From: the human T2T-CHM13v2.0 reference genome, Homo sapiens
Assembly: GCF_009914755.1 (NCBI RefSeq)
Contig: NC_060941.1
DNA length: 64,000 nt
Direction: 5' to 3' (one strand)
Within the stretch, counting starts at the first letter, position 1, and the number at the start of each line of letters is the position of its first letter. A program made the position numbers and the translations under genes. The notes under the pieces were generated by a model, which saw only the letters and a program-made list of their open reading frames with translations, had not been told where the DNA came from and did no database searches. Shown in pieces: positions 34,659 through 50,457 of this stretch.

Positions 34659-36362
34659 CTATTCGTTTAGTATTTGAAGTTCGTCATCCTCTTTCTGACA
34701 AAGTTTAAAAAACAATCGCTGTAAACAGAAAATACATGTAGTCTGTAGTCAGAACCCAATTTGCTGCTGCTGAGGTGTATGGCCACCCCTGGTTCCTCCG
34801 TGTGTACAGGCACTGCCTCTGGGAAAATCTAGGTGCTGCTTAGCTGCTCTGGTTAGGACCCTGACTTCTAAGTCTCAGCCTCCCCAGAACTCTGGGCGCC
34901 CAGTCTAATCACTGATCGATAAGACATACGAGTGGATATGGGCCTCTCCATACGGGACGTCTCACAGATGTATATTCATGGTCCCTGGTGCTGTGTTAGG
35001 GATCATAACTGGCCCCACAGCTGGTTAACTGGGAGGAGAGAGTGGGGAAGGGGTTTCAGTATGAACAGGGTCAAACAGGATGCAGCATCAATTCAGAGGA
35101 AGGAGCACACGGACACTGGAAGACCCGCTGTTTCTAGTGTTTCTGGGCGATCCTATCATCTGTCATGCCGGGCCCCAGGAAGGCGGGGACCTTGGTCAGG
35201 GACCGTAACCTCCTCCAGCCCTACAGAGGCATAAAGACTGATGAACACGAGGCCGATTCCCTACGACTTTGGGACCCAGCTCCGCCTCCTTGGCTGCTTC
35301 CCCCACATCCAATCTGTTCCTGGCACCATCAGACCCACCGCTCCTTAGCCCTCAGTTCACACTCACTGCCACGGCCTCCGCTCGGTCTCGTCACTGGTGA
35401 GCCCGCCCCACACCTGTGTGCCTCACTCCCAAGGCGCCTTCTTCAAATGCTGCCTCAGCTCAAACACAATCAGGTCACAAGGCTTTTCTAAAAAGCACTT
35501 TTCAGAAACAGTGACACCAAGGCGCCAAAGGCTGCTCAGGTGCCTTAGCGGCCAGTTCTGCGGCATGTGTCTGGGGCTGACAGGAGGGACCAGCGACAGC
35601 CAGCTCTGAGGAGCAGAGACCAGACGATGAGGCCCTGTCTCAGCTCTGGACCTTGTTCTCTCAGCTCAAACACTTACAATGGTTTCTCCACTGCCTAAAA
35701 GATACTGGCTGCTCACAGTTCTCGGTTTGAAATGTGACACCCCACGATCTGCTTTCTTCCTGCCCCTCTAACCACAGCTCTTTCAACTCTACTAAAACTT
35801 CAACCAAACTTTCCTACGTAAACACACCACATGCACTTCCCAATCTCCACATCTTTACTGAGACCCTCCCCGGCCTGGGTGGAAAAAGCAGGCTTTGGAG
35901 TCCAATGGAAAAGGCTAAAATCCAGCACTACTTGCTTAGATAGCCTCGGGGGTAAAATTCTTTCTCGGCCTACATTTTCTCCTTTGTAAAATGTAAAACA
36001 TTTCTCATACCCCTCTGTGGTTTTGAAAATTAAGAAAGACAGCTCACTTCAAAGTCCCAGTTGAATGCCTGACAGAGAACACAAGTGGATCTCCACTTCC
36101 TCGGTGCTCCCACCCTGCCTCCACCATTGAAATCCTGCTTTCTGGAAGGGCCCCATCTAGCATCTGGCAGCCCACGCAGCCCAGTGGGGCGCTCAGGACG
36201 TGCAGCCCTTGACACCAGTTTCCTGAGTGCACCAGCCTCGCTCCCCAAATTCCCCAGGTGCTTTCACAACACCGGGCAAAGCACCTGTGATGAGATTCTG
36301 CACAAGCTCTACAATATGCTTTGACAACATATTATTACATGCAATACTTCTGTGTCACTTAC

Positions 36363-36539
36363 CAAATTGCGGACAATAATTTCTGAGCCTGCTTGGACAG
36401 CGAGGTGCAGGGGGGTCAACTTGGAGGCATCCTGGACTCTTGAATTCACATTAGCGTGGACACTGATCAGGAACAGCACACTTTCAATATCAGAGTTCTG
36501 AACTGCCACATGAAGGAAATTCCGGCCCTTGTTATCCAC
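36363..36539 (-). CDS. ANKFY1: ANKFY1 exon 19 (ankyrin)
   Basis: VDNKGRNFLHVAVQ...LTPLHLAVQAGSEIIVRNL; 177 nt. Confidence 0.95.
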
Positions 36540-38093
36540 CTACAGCAACAAGTGCAAAGCAAAATATTAGTTCCCTTTTCAGAGTACCTCCTGAGCTTCA
36601 TCTGCAAGCTGAACTGACCACTGGAGAGGTCACGATGGAGACCTTCCCTCAGTCTTAGGAAACCCCCTCCCAAGAATGAACATGAAACGCCATCCCCCAA
36701 CCCACCCACAGACCCACTCTACACATCTGTGCACAGAACCAGGTGTGCGTGGCCACACCCACGTGGTCAGGAGAAGGGAGCCACTGTGGCAGCCTCCTGT
36801 AGTAGGAACTGGATGTGGAAAACCAAGAAAAAGACAATCTGAAGGATAGGGAAACGCAAGCACCAAGATATCAGGAAACTCATGGAGAGGGAAAATGGAG
36901 ACAAGCCTTGGGAGTCTCTTTGCTTTGGCTAAAACAAGCACCCAGCATCCTGATGCCCCAGCTGCACTGCCGGCCTGACCCGAGCAGTCAAACAAAGGGT
37001 TGAGAAACGTGGAGAAAGTTTCCTCTTACTGAGCTACGCTCTATACACAATGCGGGAGGGAGCCAACAGCAGGGCCCGGGCTTTGCTCCGCTGATGGAAA
37101 GCCAACAGAGCTCAATGAAATCAAAGCACACCGTCTCCTGTAGTTCCCAGAGCCGTCTTAGCATGAGTGTGGAGGCGGCAGCGAGGGCGACCCCAGTGCC
37201 ACACACACGGCACGCCGCTTCACAGGCCCACACGTCACACACGGCACGTGCCAGTCTCATAAGCAGCGGATCCACAAAGCGCTTTCATCAGCAGTCCAGT
37301 TTCACACTGGAGAGAAGAAACGGGAGAGGCCATTTCACACCACCTGAGCAAACGTGAGGTCACCCCCTACGCAATCCAGTCACACTTGTGAAAATGCTGA
37401 AGACGGTGGTTACGGAAGCCTAAGACACCAAGCAATCATCTCCACCCATGCGAGGATCTCACTTCACGCGGGTCCCAAGTTCCATCTCACCTTCATGAAT
37501 GCCACTGATAAATGCGCCAGTACTCTAGGTGCTGGCTGGAGAGCCAAGTTCCTGCAGGACTGACCTGATAAACCCACCCCCTCCTACTCAGATCAGTTGT
37601 GATTGTCATTTCCCAGCCAACTGCTTGTTGCAGATCAACAGTTCACCATCCCGATGTAGCAGCTGGTAAAGAACCACAAAGAACAAGGACAGCCGAGGCT
37701 ACTGAGCAACTGAACTCCTCGGAAACACTCAGGAAGTTGCCCCAACATCACAACACAAGCTCTTTCAAAGACACTCCTCACTAGGACAGTTAACCAACCT
37801 AGCAAAAGCAAAGAATGAGCTCAACTGTACATGCCACAGAATTCCTACGATGGAGCCCACTGCCTCCGCTTCCATCGAAGCCGGGCACTGTCAGGCGCTG
37901 ACACACAGGCAGAGGAGCCGGATCTCATCCTGCACGGATGGGACATCTCAACAGCCACATCTTAGGACAGGAGTACAACTTCAAAACAAAGCTCTTTCCA
38001 TGAGGAGACCTGTTTAGTCGGTGACATCTGTCTAGTCTCCAGGTTCCGCGACGCCCAGGACCATGTGGAGAAGGTCAGGTGTTATTCACTCAC

Positions 38094-38294
38094 CTGCTCA
38101 GCAGCCCCGGACTCTCGTTTGAGAATGGCCTCGGCTGACTTGTTGTTCTTGAAAGTCATGGCACAGGCAAACGGGGTCAGCCCTTGTCTGTCTCGTACAT
38201 TCAAATGGATATCGGGGTGAGAAACCAACAGCTGAATGATGACACCGTGTTGGCTGCTGATGGCCACGTGGATGGGGGTTCTTCCTTCTGCATC
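38094..38294 (-). CDS. ANKFY1: ANKFY1 exon 18 (ankyrin)
   Basis: DAEGRTPIHVAISSQH...GLTPFACAM...GAAEQ; 201 nt. Confidence 0.95.
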
Positions 38295-38957
38295 CTATGG
38301 AACAAGGCACAGAATTTAATGTTCAATTGCAAGATAAAACTCAGGAAAAATATGAAAGGGTATAACTTTTAAATCAAATTTCAGTTATGAGAATCGATCA
38401 ATACTACCACCCTGTGTTTGACTCAGCTTTTGAAGAGGCCAAAGAGAAATGACTAAATGTCACTTCCTGTTACACCACGTTCCAGTGACCCAGTGGTGAC
38501 CGTAGGACCAGCACAAACATGTGTTTCACATCTGCAGTGAGTCTCCGCTCTAAGCCACCACTCCTTATCTGGCTATAGGGCCTTATATATAAATCTGCAC
38601 AGGCTCGAATGTTGAAAAGCATCAAAGGGCGTAACTCAGGGGTGCTCAAGTGAGCTACTGGGACATTTTCCTAAATACAGTATGCGATTTGGGACTAAAC
38701 TCTCAGAGGAAATCTGTAACTAAGGGGGAATAGGAGGCAAAGAGAAAGAGCTGAAACAAATCTTCCTCCTGTTGTAGTAAGGACAAAGGCACAGAGAAGC
38801 ACAGTCAGCCTGAAATCATGAACGCTGCTAGGGAGGTCGTGTGTTCATGAAGCAGCAGCGCCTGGAACTGGGGACTGTGCAAGGTCCTCTGCCATAGGAG
38901 GAGGCTTCCCTCATGCTGGGGCTACACCTCTCTCCCCGGAAAAGAGAAACGACACAC

Positions 38958-39114
38958 CTGTGCGTTCACGTTGGCACCAAACTCCAGAAGACACTGTACT
39001 GTCTCTTCCAGCCCCCAAGAGGCTGCCAAATGCAAAGGGGTCTGCCCATCTCTAGCCTCTTCCTCTCCTTCTCCATTGGCGCCTGGTTGTCTGGGACTGT
39101 TCACGTCACAGCCA
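38958..39114 (-). CDS. ANKFY1: ANKFY1 exon 17 (ankyrin)
   Basis: GCDVNSPRQPG...GQTPLHLAASWGLEETVQCLLEFGANVNAQ; 157 nt. Confidence 0.95.
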
Positions 39115-39382
39115 CTGAAAGGAATGGGGACATTTTAAAAAACGCCACGCTTGGACCTGGCATATAGGCATGCTGATTACAAATGTAAAGCAGGAGCCTC
39201 ATCCAATCCAACAGCGTCTGCTGTGGCCGGGTCTGCTGTCCTTGGTCCCTGGCCTCAAATACCAGAGTCGGGGTTCCACTCCCATAGATTCTTCTGTGAC
39301 TGGTCTTGGGGGTGGGCAACCCGGGCATCAGAATTGTTAGAAACTTCCCAGGGGATATGCATACATTTAAAGCCTGAGAACC

Positions 39383-40030
<648 letters not shown>

Positions 40031-40489
40031 AAACCAGAAAACCATTAGTCTGAGAACCACTGCTGTGAAGGCTTCCTGAATAACCTCGGCTCCCACACTT
40101 CCCACACTCCAAGGGGGCCACAGAGCCTGTTACGACTCACACATCGTGGTGGGGTCCTGCAGAGACCATCTGGTCTCCCCAGCCATAGCCTCCTGCTTCA
40201 CAGTCTGAACTGGTCTGCCGTGACTACAGGAGCTCAGGCAGCTCCCAAAGCAGGACGCTGACTCCAGCTTTCAGATTCTTTGATTCAGGGCTGTGAGCTC
40301 CTCCCGTCACAAGTGAGCCTGGCTCCTGGCTGACTTGACATGACAGAACAGTGACTCTCTGATAACCTTAACTGTGAAAGTCAAGCCGGCTACTGGCATG
40401 CCAAGACTATAGACGGATTTAAAAAGGAAAGAGCCAGTTTGCAACAAGCTCACTAAAAAGCTGTGGAGAGATACTGGGGACTCTCAGAC

Positions 40490-40608
40490 CTGCGAATAAG
40501 AAAGCAGGCGGTGGGCTCGTTGTTTTCATCAATGGCTCTGTGCAGGAGCGTCTGAAGGCACCCACCAGGTCCCGGACCCCAGCATGTGGCATCACAGCCA
40601 TGTCTGAC
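40490..40608 (-). CDS. ANKFY1: ANKFY1 exon 16 (ankyrin)
   Basis: VRHGCDATCWGPGPGGCLQTLLHRAIDENNEPTACFLIR; 119 nt; hand-translated; weak donor gtctga. Confidence 0.92.
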
Positions 40609-41416
40609 CTGCAGAAAAACATAGGTTATTCACAAACACTGCTGAGCAAAGGCAAACAGTTTTATTACCAAGTCTGAGCTCTATGTATAGCATTAAATCC
40701 ACTTTCAGATAAGATACGGTTGATAATAAATTGATAATTACTTTAATCTGTATCACTGATTATTTTACAAACACTAATTAAAATTTGCTGTGTGCAAGTT
40801 CGTGCACTAGGTCCTGTGGGACAGACTTGGGAAGTATAAACAAGTTATGTTTAATTTGTGTCCTTTAGAGCTGAGTTCTAGAAGGGACAGAAAACAGAAA
40901 GTGTCTGTGTACACATGCACCAACGGGTCCTCAGTAACACACACCTGCAATTAACAGGTAATCTCAACAACTAGGTAAAACCTCCAGGTGCACAACGCCT
41001 TCATATCACACTGCAGGCCCTTCGGAGAGCTGAATGAGAATGTGCAGGTTTGCCTCCACTTTTGGGGCCTGTCTTGCAAACAAGGGAGATAAACCTAAGA
41101 TTGAGGAAATTATCACTATGGTGATAATGAGGACACCCCATAGCAAATCAACCAACCCCAGGAGAAGGCTCCTGAGGAAACGCCGCCATTCTCTTGCTTC
41201 TTGGTAGTTTTCTTGGTAAAGATGACCTAAAAACAAAAGGTCAGCCAAGACCATGTTGAACTACAAGTTTCTTTAACATGCTTTCAACTGCTTGTCCTTG
41301 TCCCACTATGTTACTTGACAGATCTTGCTCCTGTGACAGCTACGCAGGCAGCAGATCCATCTCTGACACAACATATCCCCATCTGTAAACAGAGGCTAAC
41401 GTTGTGCCTGTCTCAC

Positions 41417-41585
41417 CAGAGTGGATGCGATGTCCTCCAGATTGTTTGCCAATGCAAGCCACAGCGGGGGGTTCCCCTTCTCATCTGGCACAGACATGTC
41501 AGCTCCTCGGGTGCATATGGCATCAACTACGAGTGGAAGCTGGTTTCTGATGGCCAGCTGGAGGGCTGTCTCCCCGTCCTGAGTC
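41417..41585 (-). CDS. ANKFY1: ANKFY1 exon 15 (alternative start at 41588 via NAGNAG)
   Basis: TQDGETALQLAIRNQL...GNPPLWLALANNLEDIASTL; 169 or 172 nt. Confidence 0.94.
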
Positions 41586-42058
41586 CTGCTAGGACATGCA
41601 CACCCAAACCAACGTTTGTGGTTGAACCCAAAGCACAGAAGGTGCCCTTCTGGGCATTCCAGAGTCCAGAATCTTCTGTCTCTAATCATATTCACTCACA
41701 ATCATTCAATATTTTCTCAGGGAAATTAAATGTGAAAATAGTGTCTGTCCATTCTGACTTTTTAGAACACATAAACATGTCACCTTATTGCCCTCGGAGA
41801 TAACATCCCAGCGTGCTGAAATCTTATAGTTACTTTTTAAAGCATCTTAATAAAATGCCACTCCAAGAACCCTCCTGACAAACCTTCCTTCCCCCACTCA
41901 GTCATTCAGTCACTTGGAGATAAAGGTAAGTTCTTTTGAAAATACAACCACAATAAAAATTTGACTCCATGTCTTTTTCCCTCTCAGGCCTTGTTGGTGG
42001 CTCATTTGTTGGAACATTCTTCATTGTAACTGAAATTCCTTGTTAAAAACTGATTTTA

Positions 42059-42418
<360 letters not shown>

Positions 42419-42633
42419 TCAAACAAGAGCAAAGGACAGTTCCTTTCCGCCATTACAATCAAGTCTTTTGATGATATTCAGTGATGACACCGCAGTTGTG
42501 TGTTTCTAGAGCTACTGTTTCCTTTCCTCTAACTAATATGAAACAAAAACACTTTTCTACAAGCGAGGCTATGCTTTTGACATCTCAATTAATTGTTACC
42601 TGGTGTTAGGTGGAGAGAGCGGCTTCCTCCTAC

Positions 42634-42787
42634 CTGACATTTATATCTGCCTGGTGCTCCAGCAGGAAGAGTGCGCTCTTGCTGTCCTGCCGCTGTATGG
42701 CCATGTGCAGTAGCGTCTGCCCATCCGACATGGTGTCATTGATGGCGGCTCCAGAGCCCAGCAGCTGGGCTGCGATCGTGTGCATGC
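42634..42787 (-). CDS. ANKFY1: ANKFY1 exon 14 (ankyrin)
   Basis: MHTIAAQLLGSGA...GQTLLHMAIQRQ...ADINV; 154 nt. Confidence 0.94.
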
Positions 42788-43047
42788 CTGGGAAACAAGC
42801 CCCGATCTCATCCAGGCTCGGCTTTTCCCGCTTCCTCAACATCTTACTACAACAGCCAGACCCTCTCAGCTTCTCAAAGCCAGCAGTTTTCCACTGGATC
42901 TAACAGGCTTAACTCAAACAGAAATGTTATTTTACAACCAAATGATTAGCCCAGTCTCCTCTTTCTTTCTCGCTCCCTCTGTCCCACCCGGCCCCACTTC
43001 GGACAGCTGTCTGTCTGCAGACATCAGCGGCCCCGGCACAGCCTTAC

Positions 43048-43146
43048 CAGTCCATAATGCCAGGCCCAGCACAGTCTGGTCTCGGGAATCTTTGAGGCTG
43101 AAGTCCGGAATGATCTGCAAGTTGTTGGTGGCATGAAGAGCATTGG
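43048..43146 (-). CDS. ANKFY1: ANKFY1 exon 13
   Basis: NALHATNNLQIIPDFSLKDSRDQTVLGLALWT; 99 nt. Confidence 0.93.
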
Positions 43147-43943
43147 CTAAATGTTTGAAAAAGTAAAAGAACACTTGATGTCACCATCTGTGGATCACAC
43201 TTAAAGCTTCAGTAGAGTAAGAACTCAAACTGCCTGTTGGGTATAATATGATCAATGCTATAAAAAGAGAGTAGATAAATCTTGTCAAGACTCAAAGCCC
43301 AGAAATCTGATATTTTGGAGCAAAACTTACAGGGAAAACGAATCTTTTTAAAGCTTAAAACACTGACTCTTCACGTAAGAAAAATGGACTCCATTACGGA
43401 AACACGCTTGATTACTAAAAAGACTAAAACAACGCCCTGATGATGTTTCCTAGAACGCAATCTTAAAACTTTCCCTCCTACAGTCTTAAAACTTCTGTGA
43501 GGACCAAAAAAAGGGCACATAGTACCTAAAACCCAACCTCCCTCCAGAAGGACAATGCTAAAAAAACACTGTCCTTAACAAGGATTGAGGCAAGAGCAAA
43601 ATAAACCTCAGGACAGGCAAGAGAAGGCGTGAGGGAGACTTTCTGAGGGAAACGGCCCTTCTGTCCCACAGGGGCTGCCCCTGGCCCCTCTTTCTGGCCC
43701 CTCTCTCATGGGGTGCCTGCCACAACAGGGTTCTCAAAGACAGTGCTCACACCGAGGCACAGCTTTGCTTGACCTACACTAAATGGCCTAGAGAAATAGT
43801 CAAATAAGACAGACATTACTACCAGCTTAACCTAACAAATGAAATGGGCAGGCCCCATCCTGAAAACACACACAGGGAAGCAGCAGTCAAGAGCCAGACT
43901 ACATGCTTCTCTAGTTTGACCTGAAAGGATTTTTTGGGGGTAA

Positions 43944-44866
<923 letters not shown>

Positions 44867-45573
44867 TCCACCCTTAGTTTCTTCAGTGTCTTCCCCAAGC
44901 ACCTTCCGAAAGCACTGGCTTCTTGACTTCACCTCCAAGGTCCTCTTTAACCACCCTTCGCTTTGTTTTATAATTCTTTTTTTCTAATTATAAAAATAAT
45001 ATATGCTTATCACGACAGAACAATAACAAGCTCCAAGTGTCACCAAAATAAATAGTACAACAAATGGGAGAGCCGCGCAGCCCCCGCCCGGACCTAAGCC
45101 CCGGCAATCGGCAGCCTTAACGCTGTGGCCGTCGCTTCTTCTTTAGCTCCGTCTCTGTGGCCTGCTTGTATCAATCTCATCTTGAGCTCTGATCAAGACC
45201 TCCTTCTCCTACTTTTAAAAGTTAAAAATATTTTTAATTGGTATTACCGCTACCTGATGCAACATTTAAAACGAAGTTTCCTCTCACATTTGGAACCATT
45301 ATTACCACTTTCATGTTTCTCTCCATTGACAGAACCCTCCCAGGAAAACACACGTATGCACACACACATGCATGTGGGCGTGTCCACGTGTATGTCCGTA
45401 TGTAAACACACACACTGGAGTGTTTTCACCCCAACAAGTGGAAATGAACGGAATGCACCACTCTGCCTGCAGTACGGCGCTTGCATAAGGTGCCTGCCCT
45501 CATCAGAGTTATACATCATCACTTAGAGGCAAGAACTCTCCAAGGCTTCTTGTAAAAATCAGCAAGATCCCTG

Positions 45574-45669
45574 GCGGTGATGTTTACAACTAACTGATCA
45601 CAACCAGTTACAGATTCATTTGTTCCTTCACTCCCACTGCCTCACTTGGCTAGCCTAAAAAAAAAAAAA
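45574..45669 (+). pseudogene. Y3 RNA (RNY3) retropseudogene, 5'-degenerate, with poly(A) tail
   Basis: tgtttacaactaactgatcacaaccagttacagat...ctcccactgc...tagcct matches hY3 as recalled; A13 tail. Confidence 0.85.
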
Positions 45670-46234
45670 TATCCTTTCCCAGCAGGAATCACTTTTAACT
45701 CTTCCAGCTGGGTTTTGTAACTCTCCATATTTCTAACCAACATGTTTTTATTGCTGCCTCTTGATTTTCCAGCTTTGAACATTATCTGTGGGACTTTCCA
45801 CTGTGGCAGATAAGGATTGAGTGCTTTTACGCCTTGACCCAGAGTGCGCGCTTCCCATCCCAAATCCTCCCCATACAGGGGAACTGTAATTGCAGTGTGA
45901 GCCCGCCCAAGTATGTCCTCTTCCTCCTCCTCCCCTGCTCCTCCCGCTCCTCTACCCCTCCTCCTCGGGGCTGTCTTCTGTTCCAGACCTTCTTCCTACG
46001 CATTCTCCTTGGGTGTGCTGATCTACTCCACGGCTTCTGCCATTATCTGCAAGGAAGAGACTCTCAAACCCAGGTCTCCAGCCCCATTCTTGCATCTAAT
46101 TTTCCCACTGCCTGTTAGACATCCCTACCTTAAATATGTAGAAATTCAAAAATCACAATGGAATTTATTCCCACACACAGGCTCCTCCTCCTGGCCAGTT
46201 TCCTCTGTTTTTCCATGGGTTCGCCGCAACTGTT

Positions 46235-46430
46235 TTTTTTAAATTCGTATTTCAGTGTCTTTGGGGTACAGGTGGTTTCTGGTTCCACGGATAAGTTCTT
46301 CGGTGGTGATTTCTTAATGTTAGTGCACCCGTCACCTGAGCAGTGTACACTGTACCCAGTATCACCCTTTTATCCCCCACCGCCCTCCCAAGCTTCCCCT
46401 CCAAGTTCCCAAATTCCATTACGTCATTCT
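46235..46430 (-). mobile_element. L1PB-type 3' end fragment
   Basis: tttggggtacaggtggtt...gtgcacccgtcacctgagcagtgtacactgtaccc. Confidence 0.75.
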
Positions 46431-46840
46431 TGCACCACAGGGGTTTTAACAGCTCTCTTGCCCTCGCTTCTGGGAGCCTCAAGCATGCGTGTCACAGACT
46501 GATTCTGCAATTCCTGTGAAACCTGTTCCTTTGGATCCAAATGCAGTGTGAGAGGACAGGACAGGACAGGTCATTGCTTGTCAAGATGACTCCCACTTGG
46601 CTCCAGCCTGGACTCCACGGCACACCCACCATGCCAGCCATCCCAGGCAGTTTTCTCAGCTCCAGAAGAATCACACTACTTCTCTGCCCAAAACCCTCCA
46701 ATGGCTCTTCTGTCCCCACAGGATAAAGCCCACACAGCGGAAGCCAGTGTTCCAGGCCCTTCTGCAGTGCTGGTCTCCAGTGCTTTCAAGTGAGGCCTCC
46801 CGTTTCTCTACAGCTTGGGTTTGACCTAGTTTTGCTATGA

Positions 46841-48130
<1,290 letters not shown>

Positions 48131-48618
48131 ACTGCATAGGGAGGAAATGGGAAAGCTGGTAAACTCGGTAACGTCCAACCCCAAAGGTAACACTTTTATT
48201 CATAACACCGCACATTCCACCTTGTTAGCGTGCGACATAGACTCATACGTGACAATCCACAGAGGAAAACCCAAGCAAATGTGAAGTGTTATCAAGAATC
48301 AAATGCTATCGCGGTAGGTTTGTGCACGCGTTTGCTAACCTCTATTAAAGTCCATAGCATCTAGTTCGGGGTCTGATAACCTGAACAAGCACTGTTTCCT
48401 ACACAAACGCTTAGGAAATGGCTGCTGAATGAATCAATCAACCAATATTTGAAGAAACACAAAATAATCTGTTTCACTCTGGCTTTTTAACCATATGCAT
48501 GTATTATTCTGATTAAAAACTGAAAAAAACCACCTATTCCCCTTTTTCCTACATATCCACCACTGCCATTTCTTCCATAGATCAACACCATTTTCTCCGG
48601 CTGCCCTGTCACACTTAC

Positions 48619-48716
48619 CCACTTGTTTCTGTGGTTGACATGGGCACCGTTGGTTGCCAGGAAAAGAGCTGCTGCCTCGTTTCCTGCTCCAGCTGCCCGC
48701 TGTAGTAAACAGTTTC
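48619..48716 (-). CDS. ANKFY1: ANKFY1 exon 11
   Basis: NCLLQRAAGAGNEAAALFLATNGAHVNHRNKW; 98 nt; ttttag acceptor, gtaagt donor; hand-translated. Confidence 0.93.
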
Positions 48717-48814
48717 CTAAAAGAAAATGGGCATTGCTGATTCTTCTGTTTGCATCAAAATGCGGTCACGCTGCACAACACCCTGCTCTTCCCTGCCACC
48801 CTATGACTGGCAAG

Positions 48815-49048
48815 CCCACGCCAGACAGTAGGCCCACACCAGACAGTAGGCCCACGCCAGACAGTAGGCCCACGCCAGAGAGTAGGCCCACGCCAGAGAG
48901 TAGGCCCACACCAGACAGTAGGCCCACACCAGACAGTAGGCCCACGCCAGACAGTAGGCCCACGCCAGACAGTAGGTCCACGCCAGACAGTAGGTCCACG
49001 CCAGACAGTAGGTCCACGCCAGACAGTAAGCCCACGCCAGACAGTAGG
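48815..49048. repeat. 18 bp minisatellite, 13 copies
   Basis: cccacgccagacagtagg. Confidence 0.95.
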
Positions 49049-49060
49049 TATCATTTAAGT

Positions 49061-49763
<703 letters not shown>

Positions 49764-50092
49764 TGGCTGGATGACCATTTTGAAAACATTTTAAGTCCTA
49801 TTAGAAAATGCCCCTTAAATACTTCAGTTTTATTCCTAATGCTTTAAATATGTTTGTTCTTGGCTTAGAAATATTTTCCTTAGCACTGTTACTCTTTTCT
49901 AAATAAAAACCTTGGAAAGAAAAAAATGAGTTTTTTTTTCTCTCTAAATGGTTTTAGCCCTAAAACAGTGTTTCTCAGCTTTTAAAATCCATTTCCAAAA
50001 ATGAACAAACTCTCTCATGTCAACAGCTATACTATTTGAAATTCTAAATAAACCAAACACCAGGACTGAAAACAAGATAAAGAACTGTGACA

Positions 50093-50390
<298 letters not shown>

Positions 50391-50457
50391 GAAATGGGAC
50401 AAAGTACTACTTTGCTTTCATACCATGTTTTTCCTTATCCCTCAGAGACAGGAATCC

